Shown: positions 1 to 12,235 of the stretch, piece by piece
How positions within the stretch are numbered: the first letter of the stretch is position 1
Layout of the letters: each line of letters opens with the position of its first letter
NCBI GenBank assembly: GCA_010093705.1
Contig: MU006095.1
Span: 868,001-932,000 of the forward strand
DNA: 64,000 bases
Direction of reading: 5' to 3'
Source of the DNA: Patellaria atrata CBS 101060
Taxonomy: Eukaryota
The notes under the pieces: model-generated
Databases searched by the model: none
Told to the model about the DNA's origin: nothing
The model's input: only the letters and a program-made list of their open reading frames with translations
Translations under genes and position numbers: made by a program

Positions 1-283
1 GGACCGGTTGGTTCTGGCCTGATCGGTGTGGTGGGGGTTTTCACCACTAGGCCATGGGTATCTGAGATATGGAAAGAAGTCACGGTTTGTTTATTGATTA
101 CCTACAAGTGGTAGGAACGTGTTCAGGCGGGGGCGGTGGGCGTTAAGGTATAAAAAAGGGTTTGTCAAAATAACAGCTCCCTTTCTATAGCTTCTTCATT
201 GGAGCAAATACGGCAGTCCAAGTGTTAGTTTCATCAATTAGAAACGATATCTATTTGATCCAAAATCATTATCGCTATATCCT

Positions 284-1635
284 CTATCCTTTCCAACCCA
301 ACCGTTTCTTTACACACTTCAATACATATACTAACGACACCAGTACAGGAACCTCGATCAAGGGACCGACAGTGCTTGCCAAAGCTTGTTGACTACCCGC
401 ACCATACACTGCGACAACAACCGCAATAGCAAGCTCGAAGTTGTTGCTTGCTGCTGTGAAGCTCTGTGTACAGCTTACTCTATAACCAAAGCCTAGTTTC
501 CAACATAGCACGGCCGTGCCGCCAAATGTCAAGAGAAAATAGACGATAAGTGGCGCCGCTACTCGAAGAACAGAGGTGATCTGTTCAACAACGTGTGCAC
601 CTTGAGACGCAAACAACACTATGATTGTGTAAATCAGTCCCAACAAAGAGAAAGGGCCGATGAAACGTATAAATTTGTGTTGATAAGCTTGCTCCCCAAG
701 AAGTTTTCGAAGGACAAACCGAGTCAGGATTGCGGCTCCCAGTGGAATACCTAGGCCATGTCAGATAAGCAGTAACAGAAAAAAACAACAAGAGGACTCA
801 CCAAGAAACACAGCAACACTCGTTGCGGTCTTTTCATAGGACACATTTGTATCACTATCGCTATGACTAACAACACGTAGGTAGAATATTGCAAAAGGGG
901 CGAAGAGCACAATCTGGAGAATACTGTTGAAGGCGACTAGAACGGCACAATAGTCACCATCACCCTTGGCGAGGTCTGTCCATATCAACACCATAGCGAT
1001 GCAGCGAGCTATGCCAACATAGATCAGCCCTTCTCGTAACTCTTGCCGGTCAGGGAGGAAAGCCCATGCTAATCCAGTCATGAGGAGGGGAGCAAGTATC
1101 CAATTGAGAACAAAGGATAGGAGGAGATGAATATAGATCTCCCGCTTCTTAAAGATAAGATGGAGGGTCTCGTAGCGAACTTTGCAAAGAATGGGGTACA
1201 TCATTACGAGAAGACCAATGGCTGAGATACGTTCAGTATGATCTCGGAAATGTAAATAGGGATGTGAGACCTACCAATGGGTACACTGACTCCTACAAAC
1301 TCTCCTTTCTGAAGGGCAGGACCGGTGGAAGGAACAAAGTTCCCCAGTATTATTCCAAGTGCCATAGCAATGATGATCCAGAGCACGAGGAATCGATCAA
1401 GAAAAGATAGTCCTCTTAGGGGAAGAACATCATTATCACAACCATCGTCACAGGTTTCGATACCATCATCTGGCGTGGTGTTAGCATTCTCTAGCATCCA
1501 GGTGCACCGGGACATACCAGGTAGTTTCACTGATGGCCCACTTTCGACATCCACCTCTTTGAGGCCTCCTACCGTATCATGGTAGTCATGCACAGGTTGG
1601 GTCTTTTCCGCGACTGAATGTTCTACTGTATTCAT
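284..1635 (-). CDS. ACR3: Acr3-family arsenite efflux transporter (spliced)
   Basis: Three ORF pieces join via GT-AG introns. Motifs LSFLDRFL, MMYPILCKVRYE, GIARCIAMVLIW (conserved Cys), SFTAASNNFELAIAV and GPLIEVPVL are typical of Acr3. Confidence 0.93.
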
Positions 1636-1950
1636 TGTAAAATGTTATGAATCAATAGTTTGGATTAAATGTTCACGAACAAGTACTATTAAATTACTTC
1701 AAGGAGTTTTATACACATTAAACGAGAGATCTTCATAGAAACGGCCCAATAGGAAGCGTTGTGCATGTCATTCTGCGTGCTCGACTAGCGTCGCCGACAA
1801 GAGAAAATTCATTTGAAAACAGCGAGGACAAAATACCTTTATCAGCATCCCCAAAGCCACTATCGAAAGGTATCGAACCTCTTTTGAGAGTACATGGTCA
1901 AATACAAGAAGACTATTTGTTTATCTCAAGATTGAAAGCTTCAACTGCCA

Positions 1951-1957
1951 TTAGTAA
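1951..1957 (-). promoter_or_regulatory. Candidate Yap/AP-1 site (TTACTAA) about 315 bp upstream of ACR3
   Basis: TTAGTAA on the + strand. Yap-family bZIP factors regulate fungal arsenic genes, but a single 7-mer can occur by chance. Confidence 0.3.
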
Positions 1958-2284
1958 CGAATACTAGACGTTCAGTAATTCGGTTTATCGGTGAGAACGT
2001 AACAAAATACGAGAGCCGACCACAGACACCAGGAAGATGCCGAACTCGATCGGAAGTCTTATCAGGTGTCTAACCAAATAATTCTCGGGAAGGTCGATGA
2101 GCTCAAGGTCTATAAACCAACCATTGACGTGTGACACAGTGACATACCTTGTTACATCCTGCAGGCCAAGGTGAGATACAGCAAAGATAGCCAAGCAGCC
2201 AAATCTATCCCTTCATGTGAGAGCATAACGGTTTTACAATGCTCCTTTTCGTATATCACTGTATAAGTACTCATCTACTACGCT

Positions 2285-4193
2285 ATGAAGAATCAGGTTT
2301 CAAAAGAAGCGGCAGGAGGCGTACCGCGCTATGAAAGTGATGATACAGTTCAAGTCGGCCAGGTTATCAACGCTTCAGGACACGTACAGGAGCTTGAACG
2401 AAGCTTCAGTCTCCTCAGCGCGTGCTCTGTGGGTATAAATACTGGCAATACTTGGGCAGCTTTTGGTGGCGCTATTGTGAGAAGAGATTCCATTAGGTTG
2501 ATGATAGCGTTATGTTGCTTATGTTACTAATTATAAAAGGTCGTTTCCATATATAATGGTGGACCTCCTGGTGTCATATACGAGCTGTAAGTGGATTCAA
2601 CATCTGTATCAATTGAGTTAAGCTGAGCAATCAACCTAGCGTTGCAGTCTCGTTCTTCTACTGGCTTATCGCGGCTTGCATAGCGGAGTTAGCATCTGCT
2701 ATTCCATCTTCAGCGGGAGTCTATCATTGGGCAAGTATCACGGCTGGTCCTAAGTATGGGCGTGCCGCCGGATGGTTCGCAGGGTGGTAAGTCCCAAATG
2801 GGCATTGTCTTACTTGATACTTCACATATCTTGACTAGATATGTTACTCCTCGTTCTTCTATGGTCCCACCATTTCTTCATAATCTGTCTTATACACATT
2901 TTCTCTTTGTATTACGGCTCCTTCTACAAGACCAAATATGTGATCTGATTTCGTTCACCATTACTAACTCGGTCAAGGTGGAACTGCCTCGCATGGTCCT
3001 TTGGAGCCTCCTCACTATCTGCGGCCCTTGCAAACCTAGTGCTTGCAATGTGGGGGTTATTCAACCCTTCATACGTCCCACAACGTTGGCATACGTTTGT
3101 AGTCTATATCATATTGTCCTGGCTCTGCTGCTCCGTGGTACTTTTCGCCAACCGTGCCCTACCTGTCATCTCCCAGCTGGGGCTGTTCTTCATTATTGCC
3201 GGTGTTATGATCACTGTTCTCGTATGTGCTATCATGCCGCATACAACCGGTTCACGATATAGTAGCAATGCATTCGTCTGGCGCGACTTTGAAAATCAAA
3301 CAGGGTACTCCAGTGATGGATTTGTGTTCCTTATGGGCATGCTCAATGGTGCTTACGCTGTGGGTACACCCGACTGTATCTCACATCTAGCCGAAGAAAT
3401 CGCACATCCACGAGTCAACGTACCAAAAGCTATTGCCGCACAGATGACAATCGGTTTTATCACCGGTCTTGTTTACCTCATCAGTATCTTCTACTCCATT
3501 AACGACTTCGACAGTCTCATCTCCAATCCTTATACATCCCCATTAGCGGAGCTTTACCGTCAAGCTACATCATCTCGCGGTGGATCATTAGGGCTTATGA
3601 TCGTCATATTCCTTCCTCTTCTTTCCACCAATATCGGTGCTTGCCTAACAGCTAGTCGTATGTTATGGACGCTCGCAAGGGACGATGCAACGCCATTCAG
3701 CCCGTTCGTTGGTAAAGTCAGCTCGACAAGGAAGAACCCCTTCAACGCCACTTTGGTGTACGGCTGCTTCTCCACGGTCCTAGCTTGCATATACTTAGGT
3801 AGTGTAACGGCCTTCAATGCCTTTGTTGGTAGCTTTGTCGTGCTTAGTACACTTTCATACCTTGCAGCGATCCTTCCTAACCTCCTTACCCGTCGTCGTC
3901 ACATACCAAAGGGTCCATTTTACATGCCGAATAAGGTCGCTTACACGTTCATGTGCATTAGTTGTTCGTACATTATCGTTTTCGTGGTCATATTTTGTTT
4001 TCCGTACGCAATGCCTGTAACGGCACAGACAATGAACTACAGCTGCGTGACTACTGGCGGATTTACGCTCCTTGTCAGCATCTGGTGGATGTGGAAAAGG
4101 AATAAGGGGTACGTAGGGCCTAAAGTTCTAGTTAGAGAAGTCGTTAGAGAGTCGTCTTCATTAGCTCATATGGGCGAGGGGAAGTCCTTGTGA
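2285..4193 (+). CDS. APC-superfamily amino acid/choline/GABA permease (spliced)
   Basis: N-terminal GHVQELERSFSLLS, then NGGPPGVIYE, ELASAIPSSAGVYHWA, HLAEEI..P..NVPKA and SRMLWTLARD, with many TM segments and several introns between 2477 and 2977. Confidence 0.9.
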
Positions 4194-5158
4194 GCTGACG
4201 AGTCCTGATATATGCGTTTACGTCGTATTAGGGAGATCGTGCTACTGGAAAGATCACCTAAGTCAATTGCCTCTTAAATATTAGGATTGCTTCTATTCAT
4301 CACCTTTTAAACAAGCTATTCAATTTGGTAATTGATTCGAACATAGGCCAGAATGAGCATTTAAGTCACAGTCACTGTTAAGATACCTTCTCTGTCACAT
4401 ATTCTGTACGTCTTCTTTCGATTTATTGCATTTTATTTCCACGCTGATCTACAACTGTTGTTCACCGATCCTTGCGGTTTCATATATCTGTTGCGGGAGC
4501 ATGCCAGCTGAGTCTACGTGTAGGGGAACATATGCTAAGTCAATCCGAATTTTCGGGCGAGTAGAATACCGTTCGCAAATCTAGTCCGATTGCCATTCGC
4601 GTACGATATGCAGCCCATGCAGCGAGCATTGTCACTGGTACTTGGCAATGCACAAAGCTAGCTGAACCTGCACCGTATGCCTCCTTTGACCCGTTCCCTC
4701 TCCATCCTCCCTTCACACATTTATTCAAACTTTCCAAAGTCACGAGTCGCTGCGATGCACATATGTTACCAGCACATCTCTTTTAGGTAGTTTTAGACAC
4801 CCCTGCTCAGCTGAGTATGCCTGCATTCTAGACTAATCGAGCCGTTGTTACAACGTCCCGTCCGTGTGGGTCTACGGATTAGGTTTGCAGCGAGCTGCGA
4901 TTCACGCACGATGTTGAGCATATGTGGGTGATCTTTGTCCAATCAGATCGGCTCAGCAGGGGATGGACAGACGGTGAGGTATCGAACGGGCTGGAACTGG
5001 AACAGTAAGCAAGGAAGACAGATATACACCCTCATAGTCTCATTATCATTATAACCTACTCGTAGCACGCTTAACCGCCATTTCTATATCTCTAAACTTT
5101 GTTGTGATATCGCGGTGTAGTTCTAGCTCTCAGTTCCCCCCTTTTCTCACTCACCACC

Positions 5159-5771
5159 ATGGGTCCCGAGATCAGAACTCCAACTCCAGAAAAACATCTC
5201 CCACTCCGCTATCTCAAAGTGCAGAATTCCATCCCCAAAGACGAAGAGAAAAACCTCAAATTCAGACGCGCCATCTTCCCCGCCGAGCCCGAGAAAAACA
5301 AGAAGACGAGAAGACAGCCCGTCTGGGTCGAACCGGTAGGCGAGGGTATCGATTCAGGTCCGTCCGCTTCCTCCCATCCCCTTCCCCCACTCTTATCACC
5401 ACCACATCCCCCGTCTCCAAACCCCCATCACCTAACCAACCCCAGCCGACATCAAATGGCTCGACCTCGCCCTCGACACCTGCGCCCTCATCAAGCACAG
5501 CCATCAATACCGCCTCGGCGGATATGTCTCCAACGACCCCATGCCCGTCCTCTCGAGCACCATCTTCACCGCTGATTTCTGCTCGGACGTTAAAGTCGGG
5601 TTTGAGATCAGGGAGAGGATCAGCAGGAAGGGGAAACCGAGGTTTGTGGTAGAGATGGTGGAGGAGGAAGGGGGGTTTGTGGATCCGTTTTGTGGGGTTG
5701 GGGTTAGGAGGGAGGGGGAACGGGTTGTGGTGAGGCAGATTAGGTCGTTCGTGGGGGGAGGTATTGTGTGA
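5159..5771 (+). CDS. Hypothetical protein, two exons (5159-5357, 5446-5771), about 174 aa
   Basis: Intron GTCCGT...CTAAC...CAG (5358-5445) joins ORF 5159 in frame to the frame ending at 5771 (..DSA DIKWLDLALDTCALIKHSHQYRLGGYVSNDPMPVL..). No family recognised. Confidence 0.6.
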
Positions 5772-6050
5772 GTGTATTGAACAATGTGAGTCTAATGATA
5801 GGGCGTATTATTTCGTGACGAATTGCGTATGTGGGTAGGGAAGGGGGTGGGGAGGGGAGGGGAAAGTTTTGACATGCGACTCTCTCTTTCTTTGGGCGTT
5901 TGCACAATGATGACATTGTTTACGATTTTTCTTTAGGTATGATTGGTATAAATGGCTGTTCTATTTGTCTGTTCCTTCACTCGACTTCATACCATTCCAT
6001 CTACTCCATTCGCACACACAATACGCTCAATCCATCAAAGCATTCTAACC

Positions 6051-7124
6051 ATGTCCCTAACCACGAACTCAACCACCCGAACGAGCAAGCGTACCAACAC
6101 CATGATCTCAACAAGCTCAAGCACCATCTCGACAACCAGCACTCCCCGCCGAAGCGCAAGCAGCAACAGAACCCGATCGCGCTCCTCAAGCACGCGAACC
6201 CCTTTCTTCTCCCAAAGCCCCAATCACCGCCTCCCCGCACTCTCCGACAAACCTGACCTCACAACCACAATCGCCGAACTCCACGACAGCCTAGGCCTCT
6301 ACATCCGGCACCACATCTCCACCGCCTCTCCACAGACCTCCGACACTCTATCCAACGGCGCCTCAGACGCCCTAACCCTCTTCTCTTCACCCGAGGCCTG
6401 GTCCTTCCACCTCCCGGACCTCTGCGTCCTGCGAGACGCGGAAGCAGAACCAGAGTCTGGATGGACGCGCACGTCGTCGCTGCTCAGGGTCCTCAGAAAA
6501 GACTACACGGACGCGACGTTCCCGAGCGCGACGATAACGGTGACGGAGCAGGTGTTGAATAACCTGGTTGTGTTCCCCACGCTCTGGGCACAAGAGTTCG
6601 GGTACGCGGGCTTTGAGTGGCATCCCGTGATGCGGGCCGCGCACGCTGCCATGGTGGGGTGGGTGGAGGAGGTTAGAAGCGGGGAGTGCGTGGGTCTTAC
6701 GCTTGGAGCGGAGATACCGCCTGTGCATCTGTATGCGTTGCTGATACGGCTGTTGCGCGCGGCTGTTTTGTCGGCTGTTTTGTCTATCTTCATTTGGGCG
6801 CGGGAGTTGGAGAAGGAGAGGAAGGAGAGGCCGTGGAGGAGACGGAGGGATGATGCTGCTTGGCCGACGTATAGGAAGGGGGAGGCGTGGTATGCGTTTG
6901 TGGACGAGTATCTCAAGGGGTTGGAGAAGGATGAGAGGGCTATTGGGAAGATATTTGGGCTTGTGGATGGGAGGGATGCGGATGGGGAGACGTTGAGGTT
7001 TTTGGAGGGCTGGGTGAGGTGGTGTGTGCTTTGGGAGGAGTGGTGTCAGGGTGGGACGTTGGAGAGGGAGGTTGAAGAGGTTAAGGAGGGCATGGATTCT
7101 TTGATGGGAACCATTGAGGGATAG
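6051..7124 (+). CDS. Hypothetical protein, about 357 aa, Ser/Thr-rich N-terminus and helical C-terminal region
   Basis: Long open frame (5952-7124) with gene-like codon pattern; likely ATG at 6051. No family recognised. Confidence 0.6.
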   Translation: MSLTTNSTTRTSKRTNTMISTSSSTISTTSTPRRSASSNRTRSRSSSTRTPFFSQSPNHRLPALSDKPDLTTTIAELHDSLGLYIRHHISTASPQTSDTLSNGASDALTLFSSPEAWSFHLPDLCVLRDAEAEPESGWTRTSSLLRVLRKDYTDATFPSATITVTEQVLNNLVVFPTLWAQEFGYAGFEWHPVMRAAHAAMVGWVEEVRSGECVGLTLGAEIPPVHLYALLIRLLRAAVLSAVLSIFIWARELEKERKERPWRRRRDDAAWPTYRKGEAWYAFVDEYLKGLEKDERAIGKIFGLVDGRDADGETLRFLEGWVRWCVLWEEWCQGGTLEREVEEVKEGMDSLMGTIEG

Positions 7125-8001
7125 GGTAGATGAGAGGAATTTGCGATTTGGTTGCAAGATGTAGAAATGATATTGAGTTGATACTATATTTAGACTGATG
7201 GAGTGATCAGAATGGTTTTGAGATTGATTGATTGAGATATGGTGATTTTTAGATCGGAGAATAGATACGAAAGTGATATTGTAACCTTTCCTAGCTGGAC
7301 ACCAATGTGCTAATAAGTGTATGCTGAATACAAACCGAGTTCTGACTTGAGTTGTACTGAGTAAGGTATACAGCCATTAGGTCTCCTCAACAAGTTATCA
7401 ACTGAGGAACGCTAACAAAATAGGATAGCTTTGGAGTCGTTCTTCATTGCGTCATCGCAGTGTTCCGGAATAATTGAGAAGAATAGCCGCGGTAAAATGA
7501 AGAGACATTAAAAATGATGGTTATGACGAATGTAATACTGTAGATGATGAAGAACAAGGAAAGTAATTAAGGTTGCAATAAAGGAAAGGTCACCCTTGAT
7601 GGATACCCAAAGTCCAATTTCACCGCTTTGGGCTCCTAATGAGAAGGTAACACCGACAGTTTAGGGTAGATGTATCCGGAAAGCCCCCACGTGTTCCCTA
7701 ACAGTTAGGGGGTTAGGCGCCCTTTTATCGGGGTATTTTTCTGCCAGATCTGCTCTAGCGGATCCCTGAGGATAGGTTGGGTATCGCCGTAATTCTACCG
7801 AAGATCTTGTGATTCAGACTGTGAATGACGTCAGTTACATGGAGACTACATACGCTGCTACAAAACCACATTGAAAGCTCCCAAAGCCCAGCTTTCAAAC
7901 TGACAATCAACAAACTTCCATACACTCACAGATAACTCAAATCAATCTACCAAACTATCAAATTTTTTTCAAACTACACACAAAACCTCATACCAAACAC
8001 C

Positions 8002-8461
8002 ATGAAGGGAAACGTACAGCAAACTAAGGTTCACTTCAAGGGCAAGGACGAGGATTTCATCATCTTTGTCGACAGTGCACAGGCCGTGAAGAGCTGGAAG
8101 GAGGACAAGAGCACACCTCTAGCTCAAGTTGTAAATGGATGGAAGGTGTTCGTCACCCAAACGTACGTTTGACGACCACTTCACCACCTCACGGATTTGT
8201 AGGGCTGGCTAATTTCTCAAATAGTGGAGGTAATCAAGGCATACTGGACGGTGCATCCCACTCTCAGTTAGAGAATGAGTTTGGAACGCACAAGGAGGAA
8301 GACGTTGTTACCCAGATCCTAGAGAAGGGTGCTCTCCAAGAGACTGAGGTTCGTCAACACTTACGTAACCCACTATCGTATACCAGCTAAAAACATCTCT
8401 ACAGAACTCAGAGCGTCAAGGAGACACGAACCCATCGCACGGCCCTTCAGTCGCGCATTAA
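8002..8461 (+). CDS. SBDS/Sdo1 N-terminal-domain small protein (Rtc3-like), three exons
   Basis: Not in the ORF track as such. Spliced read MKGNVQQTKVHFKGKDEDFIIFVDSAQAVKSWKEDKSTPLAQVVNGWKVFVT..GGNQGILDGASHSQLENEFGTHKEEDVVTQILEKG; introns about 8163-8224 and 8349-8404. Confidence 0.85.
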
Positions 8462-9134
8462 TTGTGCAAATTCGAATCCTTATGTTGCATGGTCGGGTTA
8501 GACCTAAGCATGGTTCAGAGATGGGCGATGGGATACTTCGTCCGCCAGCATGGCGACTGGCAAGGGTAGCTCTTAGTGAGCGTAGTCTCTGAGAATGAAT
8601 GGAATTTGTAAAAATCCATCATGCGTCTTCTATCTTCGGTGATTGATACCCTGACTGAACCATAAGCCCAATCCCCACGTGAGACTGAAGAACTTTGATA
8701 ACCCACCGGATCATATTTAGGTCATGACATAAGGACTCCCGCGGTACTCCCAATTGTCGACCCAGCGAACGTGACTATTCCAAAGTTCAAGCTCCCGAAG
8801 TCATCACTACTTCCCCAGGACGACCTTCACCGTCCGAAACGAAATATTGTGGGAGATTCCCGTGACTTTGGTCAAAATCGTAAGTATCGTGACTTATATA
8901 GGGAGGCTGGGCCTTCATGAGGTTGGTACTGTTCAACATCGCCTGTAGCCAGTAACATTAGCGCATCGCCTTTCTGGCCGTCATGCTTCGAAAGTCTGGT
9001 GGCCGGTAGCAAATTTTCGACCTGCCTTCTCGCTACACTTATTCTTTACTCTCAATTTTGAAAAGAAAACTTCTTCGGACTTGACATCTTCTTAATTCGC
9101 TTTTCTCTCTTCGAAAAAAGCATACCACTCAAAC

Positions 9135-11081
9135 TTGCTCATTCGACAGCTAATTTCCTTCTCGCTTCGTTCGGCCGTTTGCACTCCCAAAGCAGAGATG
9201 CACCCAGCTCTTCTTTACCTTCCAATTCCCAACGAGCTTAAATTCGAAGTTCACAAATACATTGCGGACATGAGAAATCAATCCCCTCAGCGTGCTACAA
9301 TGACTTACGGCGGACACCCTGCTGCAATTCCCCCGAAGAATGGATCATGCCCCCTATTGGAGCGCGTCCCAGCAGAAATCCGGCGTAAAATCTTCAAGAT
9401 GGTGATGCCAGACGCCGATACTGTCATCCAGCCGATCAACGCCGAGCGCATCAGGAAGGAGCGAGAGGAGGCTGAAGCATCACGCGTGGCAACAGTTCCT
9501 CAGGCCCGACAACACCTTCCCAATTGGCAACTGTGGGTCGCTCCTGCTAATCAGACAGCTCGACGCACGTCAGTCCGCTCCGATTCCGCGCATGACATCT
9601 GGGACTTGCGCGACCCCGCGATTCCAATGGGCTCGAATACCATCAACCTGATGAGAACCTGCTACACGATCTGCAAGGACGTTTCACGTATCATGTATAG
9701 CGAATACACCTTCGCCGTCCATATTCACCCAGATGGCGTCGACTACTACACTGAGCCGCGCATCCAGCATCTCAATCAATACTGCTTCAAACTCCCCAGT
9801 GGAGAAATGAAGTTCAACAAACGTGTCGAATCAAACAAGGCTACCGGTTTCGACTGGATCTTCAACTTCTGCCGTCACAAGAAGCTGAAGATTACATTTT
9901 TTGCGCCTAAGGTCGGACATGCTTTCGCCGAACGCCATGCTTCAATTCCGATGTACGTCTTAACAAAGCATTTGGCGGAATTGCTCAAGGCAAATGTCGA
10001 AAATGAACAACAACGTTTCAATAAGTTGACCGTTGAGTTCAATTACGAAGAGAAGCAGAACACACATCCCGCAAGTGCTGGTCGCGCCTGTTTCTGGTGG
10101 AATGCTGATGGTGAGCCGCAAAAGAACAGTACATTGCACGGCTATGCCAATTCGGACCTCATACTACAACCATTCTCCGCTCTCTATGGCTTGTCGTCCG
10201 TTGCTTTCAAACGAGACGGCGTCCATGACACACAGCTCGAGATGCTCGAATCACGCTACGAAACAATGTTGACGTGCGAGGACGCACCACCGGCCAATAT
10301 CGACATCCTGCTCCAACTCGAGAACATGGTTGAGAAGTATGATGAGTGGAAGATGAAGCAAGCGTACGGCATCACTTGGAACGAGGATGATAAGATGGAT
10401 GTCTCGGAATTAGACATGCCCGAGCGCTCCACTGCAGTTGAAGCCGAAGACTCAGACTTCGACGACACCCCGGCCGATGACGACGATGATGCGTTCTTCT
10501 TCAGTTCTCCTGTCGTTCCCAAACACAAAGATCTAGGAATGGACTTTCCTTGTTCCGGCAAGCACTATTTCGACGCCCCTATTTCAGTCGCTCAGCCATC
10601 TTCACCTGACTACCCTCCTCGCAAACATAGAGATGCCGCATCCGATTCCAACATCTCCTACGTTTCTCATAACGCCCACGATTGGCCTATGGATGACGGA
10701 GAAATAAGCCCATGGTCATCCATCTTCGGAATTGCAGAGCCCAGGAGAGCTCCTATCACCGTGCCTGTCCATACTCAGGAGACTACTTCAGGACCGTCTT
10801 TTGCACGCACATACACCACCCCGACTACACCCGCTCATCGCGCTAGCCAACCAATCATCAACTTCTCAACCCCCAAGAAAGCGAAGAAGCAGGTGAAGGA
10901 AGAAGAAATCGATGTGGATGCCGATAGCCCCTTGGACGCAGCGCTACGTGCTTTCCGCAAAGAGGAACGTGAGCGCCTCGGATTGGAAAAGAAGAAGAGG
11001 CGCAACAATGATAAGCCTACTAGTAAGAACGTGACCCCCATGCAAGAGAATGGTCTGGATGCTGTGTTTGGCTCGATTTAG
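9135..11081 (+). CDS. Hypothetical protein with an F-box-like motif and a disordered acidic/basic C-terminus
   Basis: 648-codon ORF, true start probably ATG 9198 or 9270. LLERVPAEIRRKIFKMVM resembles fungal F-box-like starts; KKKRR is NLS-like. Confidence 0.7.
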   Translation: MLIRQLISFSLRSAVCTPKAEMHPALLYLPIPNELKFEVHKYIADMRNQSPQRATMTYGGHPAAIPPKNGSCPLLERVPAEIRRKIFKMVMPDADTVIQPINAERIRKEREEAEASRVATVPQARQHLPNWQLWVAPANQTARRTSVRSDSAHDIWDLRDPAIPMGSNTINLMRTCYTICKDVSRIMYSEYTFAVHIHPDGVDYYTEPRIQHLNQYCFKLPSGEMKFNKRVESNKATGFDWIFNFCRHKKLKITFFAPKVGHAFAERHASIPMYVLTKHLAELLKANVENEQQRFNKLTVEFNYEEKQNTHPASAGRACFWWNADGEPQKNSTLHGYANSDLILQPFSALYGLSSVAFKRDGVHDTQLEMLESRYETMLTCEDAPPANIDILLQLENMVEKYDEWKMKQAYGITWNEDDKMDVSELDMPERSTAVEAEDSDFDDTPADDDDDAFFFSSPVVPKHKDLGMDFPCSGKHYFDAPISVAQPSSPDYPPRKHRDAASDSNISYVSHNAHDWPMDDGEISPWSSIFGIAEPRRAPITVPVHTQETTSGPSFARTYTTPTTPAHRASQPIINFSTPKKAKKQVKEEEIDVDADSPLDAALRAFRKEERERLGLEKKKRRNNDKPTSKNVTPMQENGLDAVFGSI

Positions 11082-12235
11082 GGCATCATGGCTTTGGATG
11101 GAGTTTCATGGGTATACATGGCTTCTTTACTCATTTGCTAGGCGTTGGACGGCTTTGCATATATCTGATACCCCTAGTAGATGGATATGGCGAGTTGGCG
11201 AAAATGGCGAATGGCGATCTCTTCCATTACTCTATCTGATCTCTTTGTCTCTGGGTCCATGTTCACTTCTCTCTAGAACCAGCTCTATGAGCCCTGGGTT
11301 CTTTTATCTGTTCATACCCCTATCGTAGAATTTGGGGTTTATCTGTCTCCTAGTGTCAGGTTTGTTAGTTAGTTAGTCGTGTTTCTTGCGCATTGTGCTC
11401 CTAGGTAGAAAATTGAAATGTGCAGTTCACTGTACTTACTGTCCTCCGTGAGGTGGTTGTGATATTATACCGTATCCTAAATCCCACCTCCGACTAATTC
11501 TATTTACTCCTCAATTTGCCAACATCCGCCCGGAGACACGATGCCAAGGTACGAATCGAACCAGGAAGTTTGAAGCAAATAGATTCAGCTCATACATCGC
11601 TCTACACCTCCACTTTGCTAGTTGTAAGGAGGAGCCAGGAGTGTTGTTTAGATGGGGAAAAGGATATTACGACACTTGTCTCCCAGCCATCTATCCACTC
11701 CGTCCTCCGCCGGTTCAGAATACTGTGATATACTGTGCTATAGTACGGTACAGTACAGCCACCTTGGAAACCCAAAACCGAAGAACCACAACAAACCCAC
11801 CACACCAAGCCAGTCTCAATCGCAACCTAGCCTCGCCCTCGATCCCGGTACATGGGTACCAGTATCTCTAGACCGGGTGGGTGTATCCCGCTTTCCCCAA
11901 ATCCCCATCAAAAGAACTCCTGTCTTTACGGTAGAGTGGAGTAGACCAGAATACGCCGGACCAGACATCTTGAAGTGTGGAAAAGAGGGTAGATTCACAG
12001 GTTATGTTGCGGTTACGATTCAGGGGGCCCGGGAGGGCGTGGGAAGGGGAGGTGCGGTAGTAAAGGTATGATGGTTTATAATGGGAATGAGAGGATTACG
12101 AGGTCTCGAATTTGATATAGTGTACTGTAGTATGTATTGATACATTTTTGACATATCCTATGAAATACCTTTACGTCTACGTTTATGACCAACATCCCCA
12201 AGCCCCCAGTCCACACCCATGCCCCAACCACACCA

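Noticed and set aside
6387..7157. 256-aa antisense ORF, and similar ones over the oxygenase, FRG1, noxA and RAD50
   Set aside because: Shadow frames produced by GC-rich, skewed codon usage of the real gene on the other strand.
11652..12071. 139-aa ORF between convergent genes
   Set aside because: Low complexity, overlaps intergenic TACAGTA clusters, and shows no family features.
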